A DNA stretch of 64,000 nucleotides, from positions 1 through 64,000 of the IMG/VR virus record IMGVR_UViG_3300045988_108221. One strand, 5' to 3'. The translations under genes and the position numbers were made by a program. Source of the stretch: a virus. This document shows, piece after piece, positions 8,901-18,395 of the stretch (position 1 is its first letter; every line of letters starts with the position of its first letter). The notes beneath the pieces were generated by a model that was not told the DNA's origin, searched no databases, and saw nothing but the letters and a program-made list of their open reading frames with translations.

Positions 8901-9784
8901 CTGTCTTTTGCATCTTGCTCGCCGTTCGTGGTGAAGAAAACGTCTTTTTTATAACATGGCAATACATCTGTTGTTTGTATTTTGTTTGGTGAGTCTTGAC
9001 AGATAACAGGGTCAACAAGTTCCCATCCGTCTTTTTGTAAATCAGATAAATATGTGTCGCCTAAGATAATTTGGTAGACTTTGCCAAAGGTATTACACGC
9101 AAGAGAATACTTGTCGTCAATCTTCGTGTTATCTTCGGTTAAGAAAATGTATGTTTCCTTACCGTTTGCCTTGAGTACTAACTTAGGGTATTTATTAAAG
9201 TCTTTATAGTCAATATCGTCTTGATAAATGGATTGTTGTGATGTAGATGGTAATTGTACTAGACCTCTAAAGCCTTTAGACGGTGCAGAACCACCTGTAA
9301 TTTGAGCGGTTGCATCTTGCCATTTATTGTTTCGGATGCCGAATATATTGACTTTCCTCGATACAGAGTTACCATCTTTAATAGGCAGTAAATATCCATT
9401 GGCAGTTGCACCGAAGAAACCATCAATTTCGCCCTCCCCAACGATAACATGCTTCAACAGTTTGCGACCGTTAACATCCATATGATGGTATGTTTGTAAA
9501 CCACCAGCCTTAGACTGACCGTAAATAATTGGGATTGTACCCTCAGATGTTACTTGGTTGTTCTTGGAGTCAAACGTAGACTCTGGTGTGCGGTTCTTTT
9601 GTTTGTCAAACAGACCACCAATGGCAGAACCGAGAGATAGACCATACATGGCTGCGGTAAATGCTTTTACACCACCAAGGAACGCCCATGGAGCACCAGC
9701 ACCGAAACCAAAGGCGATAGCCGCAGCAAGTCCGAGGAACTTACCAACACGACCTTTACCGCCTTTTCCTCCGCCTTTACCCAT
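5933..9784 (-). CDS. Host-specificity / central tail fibre protein (lambda gpJ / GTA gp15-like)
   Basis: 1283 aa. Contains NPAVCLYDYLTNDVYGAGKYI...FTDVANYCDE, typical of the gpJ family. FN3-like repeats. C-terminal coiled coil and fibre-like domain. Confidence 0.8.
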   Translation of the reverse strand: MGKGGGKGGKGRVGKFLGLAAAIAFGFGAGAPWAFLGGVKAFTAAMYGLSLGSAIGGLFDKQKNRTPESTFDSKNNQVTSEGTIPIIYGQSKAGGLQTYHHMDVNGRKLLKHVIVGEGEIDGFFGATANGYLLPIKDGNSVSRKVNIFGIRNNKWQDATAQITGGSAPSKGFRGLVQLPSTSQQSIYQDDIDYKDFNKYPKLVLKANGKETYIFLTEDNTKIDDKYSLACNTFGKVYQIILGDTYLSDLQKDGWELVDPVICQDSPNKIQTTDVLPCYKKDVFFTTNGEQDAKDSTVILYNGQHDAEAPSTYKTTGGYPNIAYMVADLRYTDKMGAGNPTITAIVRGRKVYDWRTGKTEYSKNPAVCLYDYLTNDVYGAGKYITPDVLDMESFTDVANYCDEVITYNDPYGVTKSEKRYELDIILNETKSHLENMQSILNSFLGFVVFSNNKIKLRCERLETPVYAFNDDNIVENSLSYKGASIEQSPNKFNLTYVEPALDYTAVKLIVEDATNQLPPPIGIGRPVEQDIEFKGVRRQTQCLRLGKIARDIIRLCPITVTFKTGLMASHLEAGDVVTITKTYIDENGEKQTLFENQQVRIVEMKEEDGTFEISAKQYNPSIYDDAFGASLKVFAPTGDNSKEINLLPETVKPVENVSVEQVYRQKVNGIPTYDAMLVFTEPNDVNYGYSQVSVQIERNGVLGDWKVYGVSHGIMPVIGLNKNDKVHFRIIPYDSKELPHEESMVTYTHTIVPKIGNPSAPENVTIRFTKESVTISWKRVTTADIDRYEVRSSESLTENNLLLMTSEISGEIDLTRIGRSGTVWVYAVNSEEVYSAPTKYGYNLPKPTAPSVTIKSFLQSFRVNYNAIPKGCEAVVRIDGTDYRTKEPLFVYNSDGGLYNVSVAFEDYFGLGEFSPEQTVQVKATIDAEMLDREALGLTTIEDFVSTLSDKVDGIKNDVTANTTKISNTENTLRSEITQSKNGILTQVNAIDGRVTQMVQTVNGISSTVQKKIDDAKAEMSSQLTQTEKAIQLKVEENLTGDKLVSKINLSSAGTLIDGRLLHVTGQAKFDDNIITDKMLQANAVTADKIKADSLSAISANLGDVHSGTIVSSTIKNDNGTFSVDPNGNIRGANITGSTISADSIYNSGYKVKNIDYAILTVAHGQDVPTIGNYSVNECTFVPIGYNFTEKYNSNAGDYDGRKRYDVANKRKIGRCTIYLQGQQPWIYSQYGAKDLNCVVGLNNRKAVCESTWNTTTHYSNRGDRDTEWIALGVLYVLVIGKKG

Positions 9785-9798
9785 ATGTCACCTGCTTT

Positions 9799-10617
9799 CT
9801 ATGTTCTTACCGTAAATTCAAATGGTACGGACAAGAATCCTGCATATCGTTTTTGATTGTTATGTCTCTTGCAGTCAGATGGAGTTTTATCACATCCAGC
9901 TTGCACCGTACATTGTTTATTTAATAAAAAGTTTGTCGCTTGTAATAGCGGATATTCTAACTTGACAGTCTTATTAGTTATAAAACCAACGATTTTTCTT
10001 GCTTCACCCTCAACAATTAATACTCCATTGGTATAATCTTGTTCGGATACAACGGCATTTAATGTGACTTCATATCCATTGTTTGTTTGTTGAATGTTTG
10101 TAATCGTTGGGTTCATCTGCTTAACAACGGCTTTGCATGATGCATCGCCAAATACAGATGTACAAGAGTATTGCGACCTACGACCGCCACGCACGTTTGG
10201 AACATCGCTTGTGACTGTTACCTTAAAGATGCCGTCACTAGATAGTTCTGGTGAGTCAACTCGCCCCATGAACACAGGTTTAACCAATCGGTTATTCGCA
10301 AGTGACTCAGGATATAAGATTCTGTAGATATATATACGACTGCCTGTAAATGGAATACCCTTGAATAACAGTTGTGTAAATTTGTCGGTCGCATTAGAGA
10401 TTTCTAACTCGCATGAGTCGATAGAACTATCAACGGTTTTATTAATTTCACCTCGGCGTATCGGCAACGCCAAGTATGTCTGACCGTTGAATTGTATATT
10501 TATATCACATGAGCATAAATATAATGTCATGTTTGGGATATGCACTTCGTATAATTCGATGTCAAACACCGAACCGCTTTCCAAAGCATCACGAAATGCA
10601 ACAGGTAGATTAATCAT
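9799..10617 (-). CDS. Tail tip protein, DUF2163/BR0599-like (gpL-like position)
   Basis: C-terminal CDKTPSDCKRHNNQKRYAGFLSVP resembles the conserved C..C...N..FGGFP motif of that family. Lies next to the gpJ-like gene. Confidence 0.5.
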   Translation of the reverse strand: MINLPVAFRDALESGSVFDIELYEVHIPNMTLYLCSCDINIQFNGQTYLALPIRRGEINKTVDSSIDSCELEISNATDKFTQLLFKGIPFTGSRIYIYRILYPESLANNRLVKPVFMGRVDSPELSSDGIFKVTVTSDVPNVRGGRRSQYSCTSVFGDASCKAVVKQMNPTITNIQQTNNGYEVTLNAVVSEQDYTNGVLIVEGEARKIVGFITNKTVKLEYPLLQATNFLLNKQCTVQAGCDKTPSDCKRHNNQKRYAGFLSVPFEFTVRT

Positions 10618-10628
10618 ACATCCTCCTG

Positions 10629-11003
10629 TTAGATTACTTTTTCAATTTGAACGCTTGCCGTGAAACCAACAGCATTGCCATGAGTACCATTCTCAATAGT
10701 AAAATCTCGTAGCACTTTCAGATTAAATTCGTTGGTTGCGAAACGGCAGATTTGGTCTTTACCAAACTCATCGGTAAACACAAAATGCCTTGTGTTACCA
10801 CCAACTGTTTCACAAAAGTCTTCAAATATCTTTTGTTGCTCAGTTGTTCCTCGTAAGCTGATATTCCAAGTTCTTGTCGGTGTTACCGCATTTTGTCGCA
10901 CTTGTTTTTTACCACTTGCGAATACGACTTCTTGTGTAGCGAACTTTAGACCTTTTTCAACCTCGAATATATACGGTAAAGGAAACTTTGGTAATTGTGC
11001 CAT
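10629..11003 (-). CDS. Minor tail protein (gpM-like position)
   Basis: 124 aa, located between the NlpC/P60 and gpL-like genes. TAATG junction with the upstream ORF. Confidence 0.4.
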   Translation of the reverse strand: MAQLPKFPLPYIFEVEKGLKFATQEVVFASGKKQVRQNAVTPTRTWNISLRGTTEQQKIFEDFCETVGGNTRHFVFTDEFGKDQICRFATNEFNLKVLRDFTIENGTHGNAVGFTASVQIEKVI

Positions 11004-11422
11004 TAGTTATTCCTTTCTTGACGGAAACCACAATAGAACAATGGTTGCCAATAACTGCGTTTAAATACAGCAGATAGAGACTGATTGGTAACACAAGGAA
11101 CTTGCATCGCCAGTATTTGTCCATTTTGTAGATATACCCCTGTGTGTAAATCTCCGTCAACATTAAATACAACAACATCTCCATGTTGAAGATTGTCCGC
11201 ATCTCTGACTTTATCGAAATGTTTCAATAAATATCGCAAGAGTCTCATTTGATGGTTCTTGTGAAAATCTTCACAGGACACAGGGTCTTTCTTCCCATCG
11301 TCAAAACAATGTGTATATCCATGGTCTTTATACCACATACGGCATATGTCAGCACAATGGTATTGACCTTTGGTTTTATCAAAGCCATATTTCAAGCCAA
11401 GGTATTTTGTTATGTCTTCCAT
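11003..11422 (-). CDS. Tail-associated NlpC/P60 cysteine peptidase (gpK-like)
   Basis: Candidate catalytic Cys (YHCADICRMWY) and His (GDLHTGVY) with P60-like spacing. First gene after the tape measure. Confidence 0.6.
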   Translation of the reverse strand: MEDITKYLGLKYGFDKTKGQYHCADICRMWYKDHGYTHCFDDGKKDPVSCEDFHKNHQMRLLRYLLKHFDKVRDADNLQHGDVVVFNVDGDLHTGVYLQNGQILAMQVPCVTNQSLSAVFKRSYWQPLFYCGFRQERNN

Positions 11423-11445
11423 ATGACCTCCATAGTAAAAACAAT

Positions 11446-11466
11446 AGAGGGGGTATTCGCCCCTCT
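11446..11466 (-). terminator. Intrinsic terminator downstream of tape measure gene
   Basis: AGAGGGG-cgaatac-CCCCTCT followed by ATTGTTTTT on the minus strand. Confidence 0.6.
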
Positions 11467-11504
11467 ATCTATAGTATCAAACATTCGACTTTTGTAACAA
11501 GATT

Positions 11505-14500
11505 TTATGCTTGTTTTAATTTCCCAAGAGCAATCAGTTTTTGGTACTTAGACAAGAAGTCTTGGTCGGATATTGTTTGTTTAACAAACACAGGTTGAGC
11601 GATAGATTGTTGTGAACCAGAACTATTGTTCGCCATATAGTTCATGCCCTTAGTCATAGCATGAGTATTAGCAACCATTTGATTCATCAATCGGTCTTGC
11701 CTTTTAGTTGCATCCGACATAGCACCATTCTTTGTTTCCTCATGTTGCCACTTAGGTTCAATACCACTTGTTACACCAACACCAAGGTCTTTTGCCGCTT
11801 GATTCAATAGTTGACGACCTCGTGCTTTATCTGAGGTTGGGATAATCCATTCCTTTTTATCACCCTCACCAACACGAACTAATTGGTCTTTGTCAACAGA
11901 ACCACCGCCAGCGAATTTCAATAGACCAAATTGTTTAGCAAAACCCATGACAGTACTGAGAGTACCCATCCACTTGTTATTGCCACCACCAGCAATTTTC
12001 ATGCCAGCGTTGATATATTGAGATACATCGGTTTTACCGTCTTTGTCTTTAGTTGTCTCAGGTAAGTCTACATTACCTTTTTCACCTTGGACATTACCAT
12101 AGATTACCGCATCGGTAAATGTCGCTTGTTGCCAAGCAGTACCGTTTTGAGTGTTAGCCATGAATGTTTCAAAGTTTTTATCAAGGTTTCGTGTAGATTG
12201 AGCAGTCAACATTTGATGGTTTAGACTTTCGTCAATACCTCCAATGTTTTTACCGTCTTTCCCATCGCCACCCAACACAGGATTGATACCTTTTTGATAT
12301 TTCTTATCGAATCTCTTTAGTAAGTTCTGTAGCAAACCACCATTACCGTCTTGGATTTTAAATATCATTTTTAAGGCATCTTCGGCAAGTTGTTTCCACA
12401 AGTCTTTCCACACATCTTTAAACTTTTTGCCCTCAAAGATTAATCCGTGGAATACATCGTGTGTTTGTTGCTTGATGTTTTTATTGAGTGCATTGCCTGT
12501 TTTCTTGATTTGAACCTCAAGTTTCTTAAGCTCAAGACCAGCCTTGCGAATGTCAGCTTCGGTATATTCAGAGTCACCACGCTTAAAGGCTGCAACCATA
12601 TCTTGGTATTTCTTGACTTTAATCATATACTCTTCAACCAAACGATTGACAGTACGTACATCAGACACCCAGAAGTTTTCAGATGTTCCTGCAATATCAC
12701 GGTCTAAATCTTCGTTCTCATGACGGTCTTTCATCATTTGAACGGCTTCGTCATAGTCTTTATCACGGTATTTATCTTGAAGACGATGAGTCATAGTTGC
12801 TTCATATTTCTTCATCGTTTCTTGAAGACTTTTGACATTGGCTTGAGGATTGAGTTTTAATAGCTCATCAATCTCTTTTTGCATGCTCTTGATTTTTTCA
12901 GTTAAAGATGCCGTTTCTTTTGCAAAATCGGCTTGCTCTTTCGGCTTCATGGCATTTTCCATCTCAAGCTGTTCTTTGGCAAGTTTTAGGGCAATGTTTT
13001 CAACTTTCTTTTGTTTTTCAATGAGTTTGTTAGCACGATTGTCAGCAGTTTTATCCTCATCGCCATAACCATTGTTTGCAAGGGCACGAGCCTTTTGTTG
13101 CCGCACCCAGTTATGCTCTTGAGAAGAGCGTTCAACATATTTATCAAAATATGATGCATATTCTTCTGGTGTACCATTGACAGATTCACTAAGAACCTTT
13201 TGCCAATTACCACGTTCTTTATGTTGCAATTCATACACAAGGAACGCAAGTTGTGTTTCAAAAGCAGTATAATCAGACTGATTATCTCTTGCGAATTGTT
13301 TTAAGTCTTCTAAGCGACTGCCTTGCCATTGAGCAATACCGTACGCACCTGTACCGTCTTCCGCCCATGGACGAATATCGTCAAAAGATTCTACTTGTAG
13401 ATTACCTACGATACCATATGCTTGGTTAACAGAAAACCCTTGTTTTACCAAGAAATCAATGGCTGCACCAACACGAGTCTCTGCCAAAGGGTTCTTTTGT
13501 TTTTTACTTGAGGACTTGCCTTTTTTGCCCTTAGATTCGTCACCTGCTCCATCTGGTAGTTCGCTTCGTGCATAATCACCTGTGTTACCGCCACCGATAG
13601 CACCGCCACCTGCATGACCTGAGTTTGCAGTCATATCCAACTCATTAAGTTTTTCCGCTTGTTCAACCCTGATATTAGCGATTGCTCGTGCATTAAGTTT
13701 TGCGATACTGTCTTGAGCTTCATCTTGCCATTGTTTAGCCATTGATAAAGACTCTTGAGAGATATTCATTTGGTGTTCGGTTTCAGCCATGCGGTTTTCA
13801 AACGCTTGTGCACCTTGTAGGTCTCCCTCTGCTCTTCTTGCTTCGGCTTCGGCTTTATCTTCTTCAAGTTGTTTCTTGAGGTCTTCAATCCGTGCGTTTG
13901 CACGTTTTTCTTTCCATTCGCCAATGATTTGTAACAACTTAGCATAAGCCATTTGAGCAAGACCAACCCAGCCGATATACTCTTTCAATATAGCCATTCG
14001 TCTAATCCAACTGGTTTCTTCGCTTTTGAGAGAGTCTATATTCGCATTGGTTGCCGCTCTTAATTGATTTGCCGTCTCAGCAATGGCTGCACGTTCGTCT
14101 TCGGCTGACTTTTGAAGTTCTTCTTTCTTGCGAGTAATTGCATCTTGTGCTCTTTGGCTTTGCTCTTCGGCACTATCTGCGGCAAGCACATAAGCAGTCT
14201 CTTCTTCACCCAAAATGGCAATAAGTCCTTGTTCTGATTCTTGGACTTGGTTTTGTAGAGTGATTCGTTCCTGTTCAGATGTTGCTGTGTCTTTTATTTT
14301 TTCTTGTAATCGAGAATGGATGGTAATATATTGTTCTGCAACCCCTCTAGCTTCTTCCATTCTTGCCGCAGTCTCTTCGTATTGTTGAGCTAGCTTTTGG
14401 TGTGCTGAATAATCTTCATATAGAGACTTAGTTGTATCTTGTGATGCAGTATAAAGGTCGGACAATGTCTCTACAACCATTGCTACAATCATGATGATAC

Positions 14501-16484
14501 CAAGCCATCCGCCAGCAAGTGCTTTTAAACCAGACCCAACACCTTTGATTGCACCGCTTGTTGTTGCCATAGCTCGACCAACGCCACTTGTTGCAACAGA
14601 TGCTTCTTGTGCAGCGACAATATATCCATTTACATGAGTCGTAGCTTCAGTCCATAGTCTTGAAACATTCTTAATTACTAATTGGCTGACAGAACCCCAT
14701 CTGCGTTGAGCAATTAATGCGGCAAGAGTTGCACCAGCTATAACATACATAGAAGATGGAATAGAGTCAAGCCATTTTAATAAACCCAAGGTGACATCCA
14801 ATGTGGCTTTAATTGCAGAACCAAGAGTATGACTGCTTGATGTCATTTTCTCCCATTGAGCAGAAATTTGTTTAAGTTTTGTCTCAATAGTATCTAATTG
14901 CATACCAACTTGAGCGTTTGTAAAACCCATAGAAGAAGACGATTGTTTTAATGCTTCAAGATACTCATTTAAATCTAACATGGCATCTGCTTTATTCCAT
15001 TGCCATTTACCACCTGAGATAGCCTTTAAAAGACCCTCCATGGACTCTTTTGACCCTTGAGCTTTAATCATTAAATCTAATAGAACATCGTCAACTTTAC
15101 GGAACGATTTTTCACCATTTTCGCCGACCTTATAGACTTCGATACCAAAGTCTTGCAATGCGGAGATTGCTTTTTTAGAGTGAATAGAACCAAAGATAGA
15201 CTTTAAGGCATTACCGATTTCACCGCCGTCTGCTTGTGTTTTTCGAGCCATAACAGCGACAAGTGCTTGTGCGGAATGAAATGATACACCAACTTCTGCG
15301 GCAGATTGAGCCATACGCTTGTTTGCTTCAGATAATGTTTGTGCAGAAACCGTATAGTTATGAGCTAATGCAGTCCACGAATCAATAATACGGCTTGAAA
15401 CACTCACAGCATCGTTTGCATTATGAATTTGGAAACCCCATTGCATGATTGAAGACTCAAGTGCTTTATTGGCAGATACGATGTCAAACGCATCGGCTAC
15501 CGCAAGTTTAGTGGCTGCATCTGTTAACGCAAGTACTGTGTTGTTATCTTTGTATGCACGACCCCAAAGTTTGGCAGACTCAATCATTTCATGGCTAGTT
15601 GTACCATACTTAACGGCAAGTCCTTGTAGTTTGCTTTGCATTTCCTCAAGCTCATGCTTAAAGTGTTCCGCTTCTTGCCCAGATAATTGTAGACCATTCA
15701 CCATATGCGATGGGTCAACTTCCATTAAACTTCGTGCAAAAGCGTTTGTTTGACCTGTTCCATGTTTCATTACTTGGGCGAAACCAGCCATATCTTTTTC
15801 AACATGTGCCATTTGAGTGAAACTTTGGATAGTTTTATCTAATGCAAACGATGCGACCATGCGTGTTGCAAGATAACCAAGTCTATGACCTACGTTTTCT
15901 GTGTCAATGCCCCATTGTTTTAAAAGACCAATGTTTTCTCTTGTTGCCAAGTTGACAACTTTTTGTGCTTGATATAGTTTTTGCAATTCAGTATTGAGTG
16001 CTCGTGCATTTTGAGCATAAGCCATTGGATTTGTAGCAAAATTTTGTCTATAATTTTCTTCCGCTTGTCTCTTTAGGCTCGCAATCTGTCCAGAGAACGA
16101 TTGTTCTTTAGCCGTCATTGAAGACCGCTGTAATGATTGCCCTAGTTTTTCAATGTTTCTTGAAGCATCGGTTACTTCCTTAGAGACATTCTTTGTCATA
16201 TCACGAACGCTTGCAAACCTAGAGGTTACTTGTCCAAGGGAATTACTGAGAGTTGCACCGCTTGCAGATGCGGTTTTAAGACTCCTGTCGAGTTGTGCGG
16301 CATACTCAGTTAACTTCTTGAATTGGTCTCCACCAGCTTTAACATTAATGGAAATATCCTTTACATTCTTGAGTCGTCCAATGGCTTTATCGAGTTCTTG
16401 AAGACCCTTGATAACCTTTTGGGTGTCGTCATGGATATTACCATAGTTGACCTTTATATCATATCCGAATTTCTTATTCGCCAT
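11505..16484 (-). CDS. Tail tape measure protein
   Basis: 1659 aa, largely helical/coiled coil with an internal TM-like block. Follows the frameshifted chaperone pair. Confidence 0.9.
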   Translation of the reverse strand: MANKKFGYDIKVNYGNIHDDTQKVIKGLQELDKAIGRLKNVKDISINVKAGGDQFKKLTEYAAQLDRSLKTASASGATLSNSLGQVTSRFASVRDMTKNVSKEVTDASRNIEKLGQSLQRSSMTAKEQSFSGQIASLKRQAEENYRQNFATNPMAYAQNARALNTELQKLYQAQKVVNLATRENIGLLKQWGIDTENVGHRLGYLATRMVASFALDKTIQSFTQMAHVEKDMAGFAQVMKHGTGQTNAFARSLMEVDPSHMVNGLQLSGQEAEHFKHELEEMQSKLQGLAVKYGTTSHEMIESAKLWGRAYKDNNTVLALTDAATKLAVADAFDIVSANKALESSIMQWGFQIHNANDAVSVSSRIIDSWTALAHNYTVSAQTLSEANKRMAQSAAEVGVSFHSAQALVAVMARKTQADGGEIGNALKSIFGSIHSKKAISALQDFGIEVYKVGENGEKSFRKVDDVLLDLMIKAQGSKESMEGLLKAISGGKWQWNKADAMLDLNEYLEALKQSSSSMGFTNAQVGMQLDTIETKLKQISAQWEKMTSSSHTLGSAIKATLDVTLGLLKWLDSIPSSMYVIAGATLAALIAQRRWGSVSQLVIKNVSRLWTEATTHVNGYIVAAQEASVATSGVGRAMATTSGAIKGVGSGLKALAGGWLGIIMIVAMVVETLSDLYTASQDTTKSLYEDYSAHQKLAQQYEETAARMEEARGVAEQYITIHSRLQEKIKDTATSEQERITLQNQVQESEQGLIAILGEEETAYVLAADSAEEQSQRAQDAITRKKEELQKSAEDERAAIAETANQLRAATNANIDSLKSEETSWIRRMAILKEYIGWVGLAQMAYAKLLQIIGEWKEKRANARIEDLKKQLEEDKAEAEARRAEGDLQGAQAFENRMAETEHQMNISQESLSMAKQWQDEAQDSIAKLNARAIANIRVEQAEKLNELDMTANSGHAGGGAIGGGNTGDYARSELPDGAGDESKGKKGKSSSKKQKNPLAETRVGAAIDFLVKQGFSVNQAYGIVGNLQVESFDDIRPWAEDGTGAYGIAQWQGSRLEDLKQFARDNQSDYTAFETQLAFLVYELQHKERGNWQKVLSESVNGTPEEYASYFDKYVERSSQEHNWVRQQKARALANNGYGDEDKTADNRANKLIEKQKKVENIALKLAKEQLEMENAMKPKEQADFAKETASLTEKIKSMQKEIDELLKLNPQANVKSLQETMKKYEATMTHRLQDKYRDKDYDEAVQMMKDRHENEDLDRDIAGTSENFWVSDVRTVNRLVEEYMIKVKKYQDMVAAFKRGDSEYTEADIRKAGLELKKLEVQIKKTGNALNKNIKQQTHDVFHGLIFEGKKFKDVWKDLWKQLAEDALKMIFKIQDGNGGLLQNLLKRFDKKYQKGINPVLGGDGKDGKNIGGIDESLNHQMLTAQSTRNLDKNFETFMANTQNGTAWQQATFTDAVIYGNVQGEKGNVDLPETTKDKDGKTDVSQYINAGMKIAGGGNNKWMGTLSTVMGFAKQFGLLKFAGGGSVDKDQLVRVGEGDKKEWIIPTSDKARGRQLLNQAAKDLGVGVTSGIEPKWQHEETKNGAMSDATKRQDRLMNQMVANTHAMTKGMNYMANNSSGSQQSIAQPVFVKQTISDQDFLSKYQKLIALGKLKQA
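13075..13485 (-). other. Lysozyme-like (phage tail lysozyme type) domain embedded in the tape measure
   Basis: RVGAAIDFLVKQGFSVNQAYGIVGNLQVESF...GAYGIAQWQGSRLEDLKQFA resembles muralytic domains found in TMPs. Coordinates are approximate. Confidence 0.5.
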
Positions 16485-16498
16485 TTATTTACTCCATT

Positions 16499-17091
16499 CT
16501 ATTCTGCATATCCAGAACTTAAAAGACCTCGAATGGCATCTGCTCCTGTTACTGAATTGGAGTCAACAAAAGAGTCTTCCGATGAATCATCTAGTTTATT
16601 ATTTTCGTTTAATGCAGTAGATAAACCCTCTAGTTCTGGCAAGGTATATTCCATTAGACTTGCTTTTGTTTCGCTCGTGTGTTGAACAAGGGATGCGATT
16701 ACATTGTCGAGTCCGCCATCCCCTGTAGACCCATCATTATCTTTTTTTTTAAACCTGAGATACACATGTATTCATCTAAGATTTCGATACCGCTATCTAA
16801 ATCAACAACATCCATTACTTCTTTTCTTGGAATGTGTAATGCAAGCTCAAATAATTCACACATGGCATTAAATGCCACATAGTCATATTTCACTTTACCA
16901 TTCTTATCTAGTTCGAATGAACCGTCTTCCTTAGTAATTGGTGTTGGTAAATTCAAATATAAATACTGGTCATTAATCTTAGACAACAACCGTTCTACTC
17001 TTGCATAGTCACCAAGTTTCATTGGATGGATTTGATATTCTTTATCGCCAAGTTGAACGTATTTACTCTTAGGAATTAATGTGTCTGCCAT
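16499..17091 (-). CDS. Tail assembly chaperone GT-type fusion made by -1 programmed frameshift
   Basis: The zero frame reads GGT TTA AAA AAA AAG. A -1 slip on A_AAA_AAG continues into the 16499..16765 ORF (..KKKDNDGSTGDGG..). Confidence 0.7.
16699..17091 (-). CDS. Tail assembly chaperone (G-type, unshifted product)
   Basis: 130 aa, directly upstream of the tape measure. SD TGGAGATTTAACAT-ATG. Confidence 0.75.
   Translation of the reverse strand: MADTLIPKSKYVQLGDKEYQIHPMKLGDYARVERLLSKINDQYLYLNLPTPITKEDGSFELDKNGKVKYDYVAFNAMCELFELALHIPRKEVMDVVDLDSGIEILDEYMCISGLKKKIMMGLQGMADSTM
16741..16747 (-). promoter_or_regulatory. Slippery heptamer A AAA AAG for the -1 frameshift
   Basis: Same heptamer as the E. 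coli dnaX site. Lies at the overlap of the two chaperone frames. Confidence 0.7.
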
Positions 17092-17119
17092 ATGTTAAAT
17101 CTCCATATATAAAAAATAA

Positions 17120-17140
17120 GGGGCATCATTAAGATGCCCC
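17120..17140 (-). terminator. Intrinsic terminator after major tail gene
   Basis: GGGGCATC-ttaat-GATGCCCC followed by TTATTTTTT on the minus strand. Confidence 0.75.
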
Positions 17141-17149
17141 CATAAGTTT

Positions 17150-17947
17150 TTATTGAATTTCTTGAGTGATTTCCAAGATTTTACCATCGGTACGAGTAGT
17201 GTCGTACATTACCTCAAACTCAAGTTGAGGAGCGGACGCCTTTTGGCGTTCGTGGTCTATATCCATCTTGCCTGTAGCACGTGCACGGAAGATGTGAGTA
17301 TGAAGAACAACTTTTTTGCCATCGCCCATATCAACTGGGTTAGAAACGTGGCGGATTTCCACGAATTGAGGAACAGATGTTGCTTTCATTGTTGCACGGC
17401 GAGATGTTGTATCAGTACGCAAACCAGATACTTCGATGTATTTATTTGTTACAGATGCACCTAGCGTGATAGCACCGTTTGCATCAATCGTAAATTGACC
17501 TGCGGATGGAGATGCTTTTACATAAACTAAAGTTTCACGTTCGTCTTCCATTTGCACATCGTTCGCAAGTACAACAATTGTATCTTCTGGAATTACATTG
17601 GATACGTTTGGTACAGTAAAGGATGTACCGCTTGCAATCAATGTAGGTTCAACAGAGAAAATCAAAGTACCTTTGTTATCGATTTCAGCACCAGCAGTTA
17701 CACCAAGATAATCAAGGTTGAAACGTGCTTCTGTAAATGATGCAGATACAGAGGATTCTTTATTCAAGATATAAATAGGTGGCAAGGCATCTGAGCCATA
17801 CACCTTTTCGTCAGATGAACTAAATGATAGTTTCATTGTTTGAAGCGTGCCTAGTTTGTAGGCTTCAACTTTGCCGTTTACGACACGTTTCGCCCATGCT
17901 TCACCTACACCGTTCAAAACAAAGTTTTTGCCAGTTTGTTGTGCCAT
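17150..17947 (-). CDS. Major tail (tube) protein
   Basis: Start moved to MAQQTGKN behind SD ACAGGAGAATACTTA. Position upstream of the chaperones, followed by a strong terminator. Confidence 0.6.
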   Translation of the reverse strand: MAQQTGKNFVLNGVGEAWAKRVVNGKVEAYKLGTLQTMKLSFSSSDEKVYGSDALPPIYILNKESSVSASFTEARFNLDYLGVTAGAEIDNKGTLIFSVEPTLIASGTSFTVPNVSNVIPEDTIVVLANDVQMEDERETLVYVKASPSAGQFTIDANGAITLGASVTNKYIEVSGLRTDTTSRRATMKATSVPQFVEIRHVSNPVDMGDGKKVVLHTHIFRARATGKMDIDHERQKASAPQLEFEVMYDTTRTDGKILEITQEIQ

Positions 17948-17975
17948 TAAGTATTCTCCTGTAATTAAGATGTAA

Positions 17976-18395
17976 TCAAGACCAAGTAAATGGTCTAACT
18001 CTAAACATATAACCAATAAGACCTGCTGTGCCTGTAGAGAATGAACCCTCAGCATAAACAGACATATCTTCATAATGTTTTTTTAACAATTTGTTCAGGT
18101 GGATATATAAGTCATTCATTAGTTTGCGATTGTTACTCCGACCAATAAGTCGAAACTCAAGCATATTCTTGTTAACCATCCAATTCTTTGTTCCACCTAC
18201 GGATGGTATGAACGACATAACAAAATAAATATCTTGTTTTTCGTCAACGAGTTCAGCACCTGCCAACCCTCGTCTCATTTTAGTGTTCCATTCAGTAAGA
18301 CTCGTTGGGTCTTTTACCCTCAGTAACATAGCCAAGGTTTCATCCTTGCGGAATGTATCCCATATTTCGTCTAACAGTTGTACCGTATACTTCAT
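17976..18395 (-). CDS. Head-tail joining / tail terminator-type protein
   Basis: Start moved to MKYTVQLL (ATGA overlap with the upstream stop). Position in the connector module. Confidence 0.45.
   Translation of the reverse strand: MKYTVQLLDEIWDTFRKDETLAMLLRVKDPTSLTEWNTKMRRGLAGAELVDEKQDIYFVMSFIPSVGGTKNWMVNKNMLEFRLIGRSNNRKLMNDLYIHLNKLLKKHYEDMSVYAEGSFSTGTAGLIGYMFRVRPFTWS

Noticed and set aside
11470-11497. TTACAA/TACTAT promoter-like element after the tape measure gene
   Set aside because: The spacer is only about 15 nt, and the element lies immediately upstream of a terminator hairpin. It is not convincing as a promoter.
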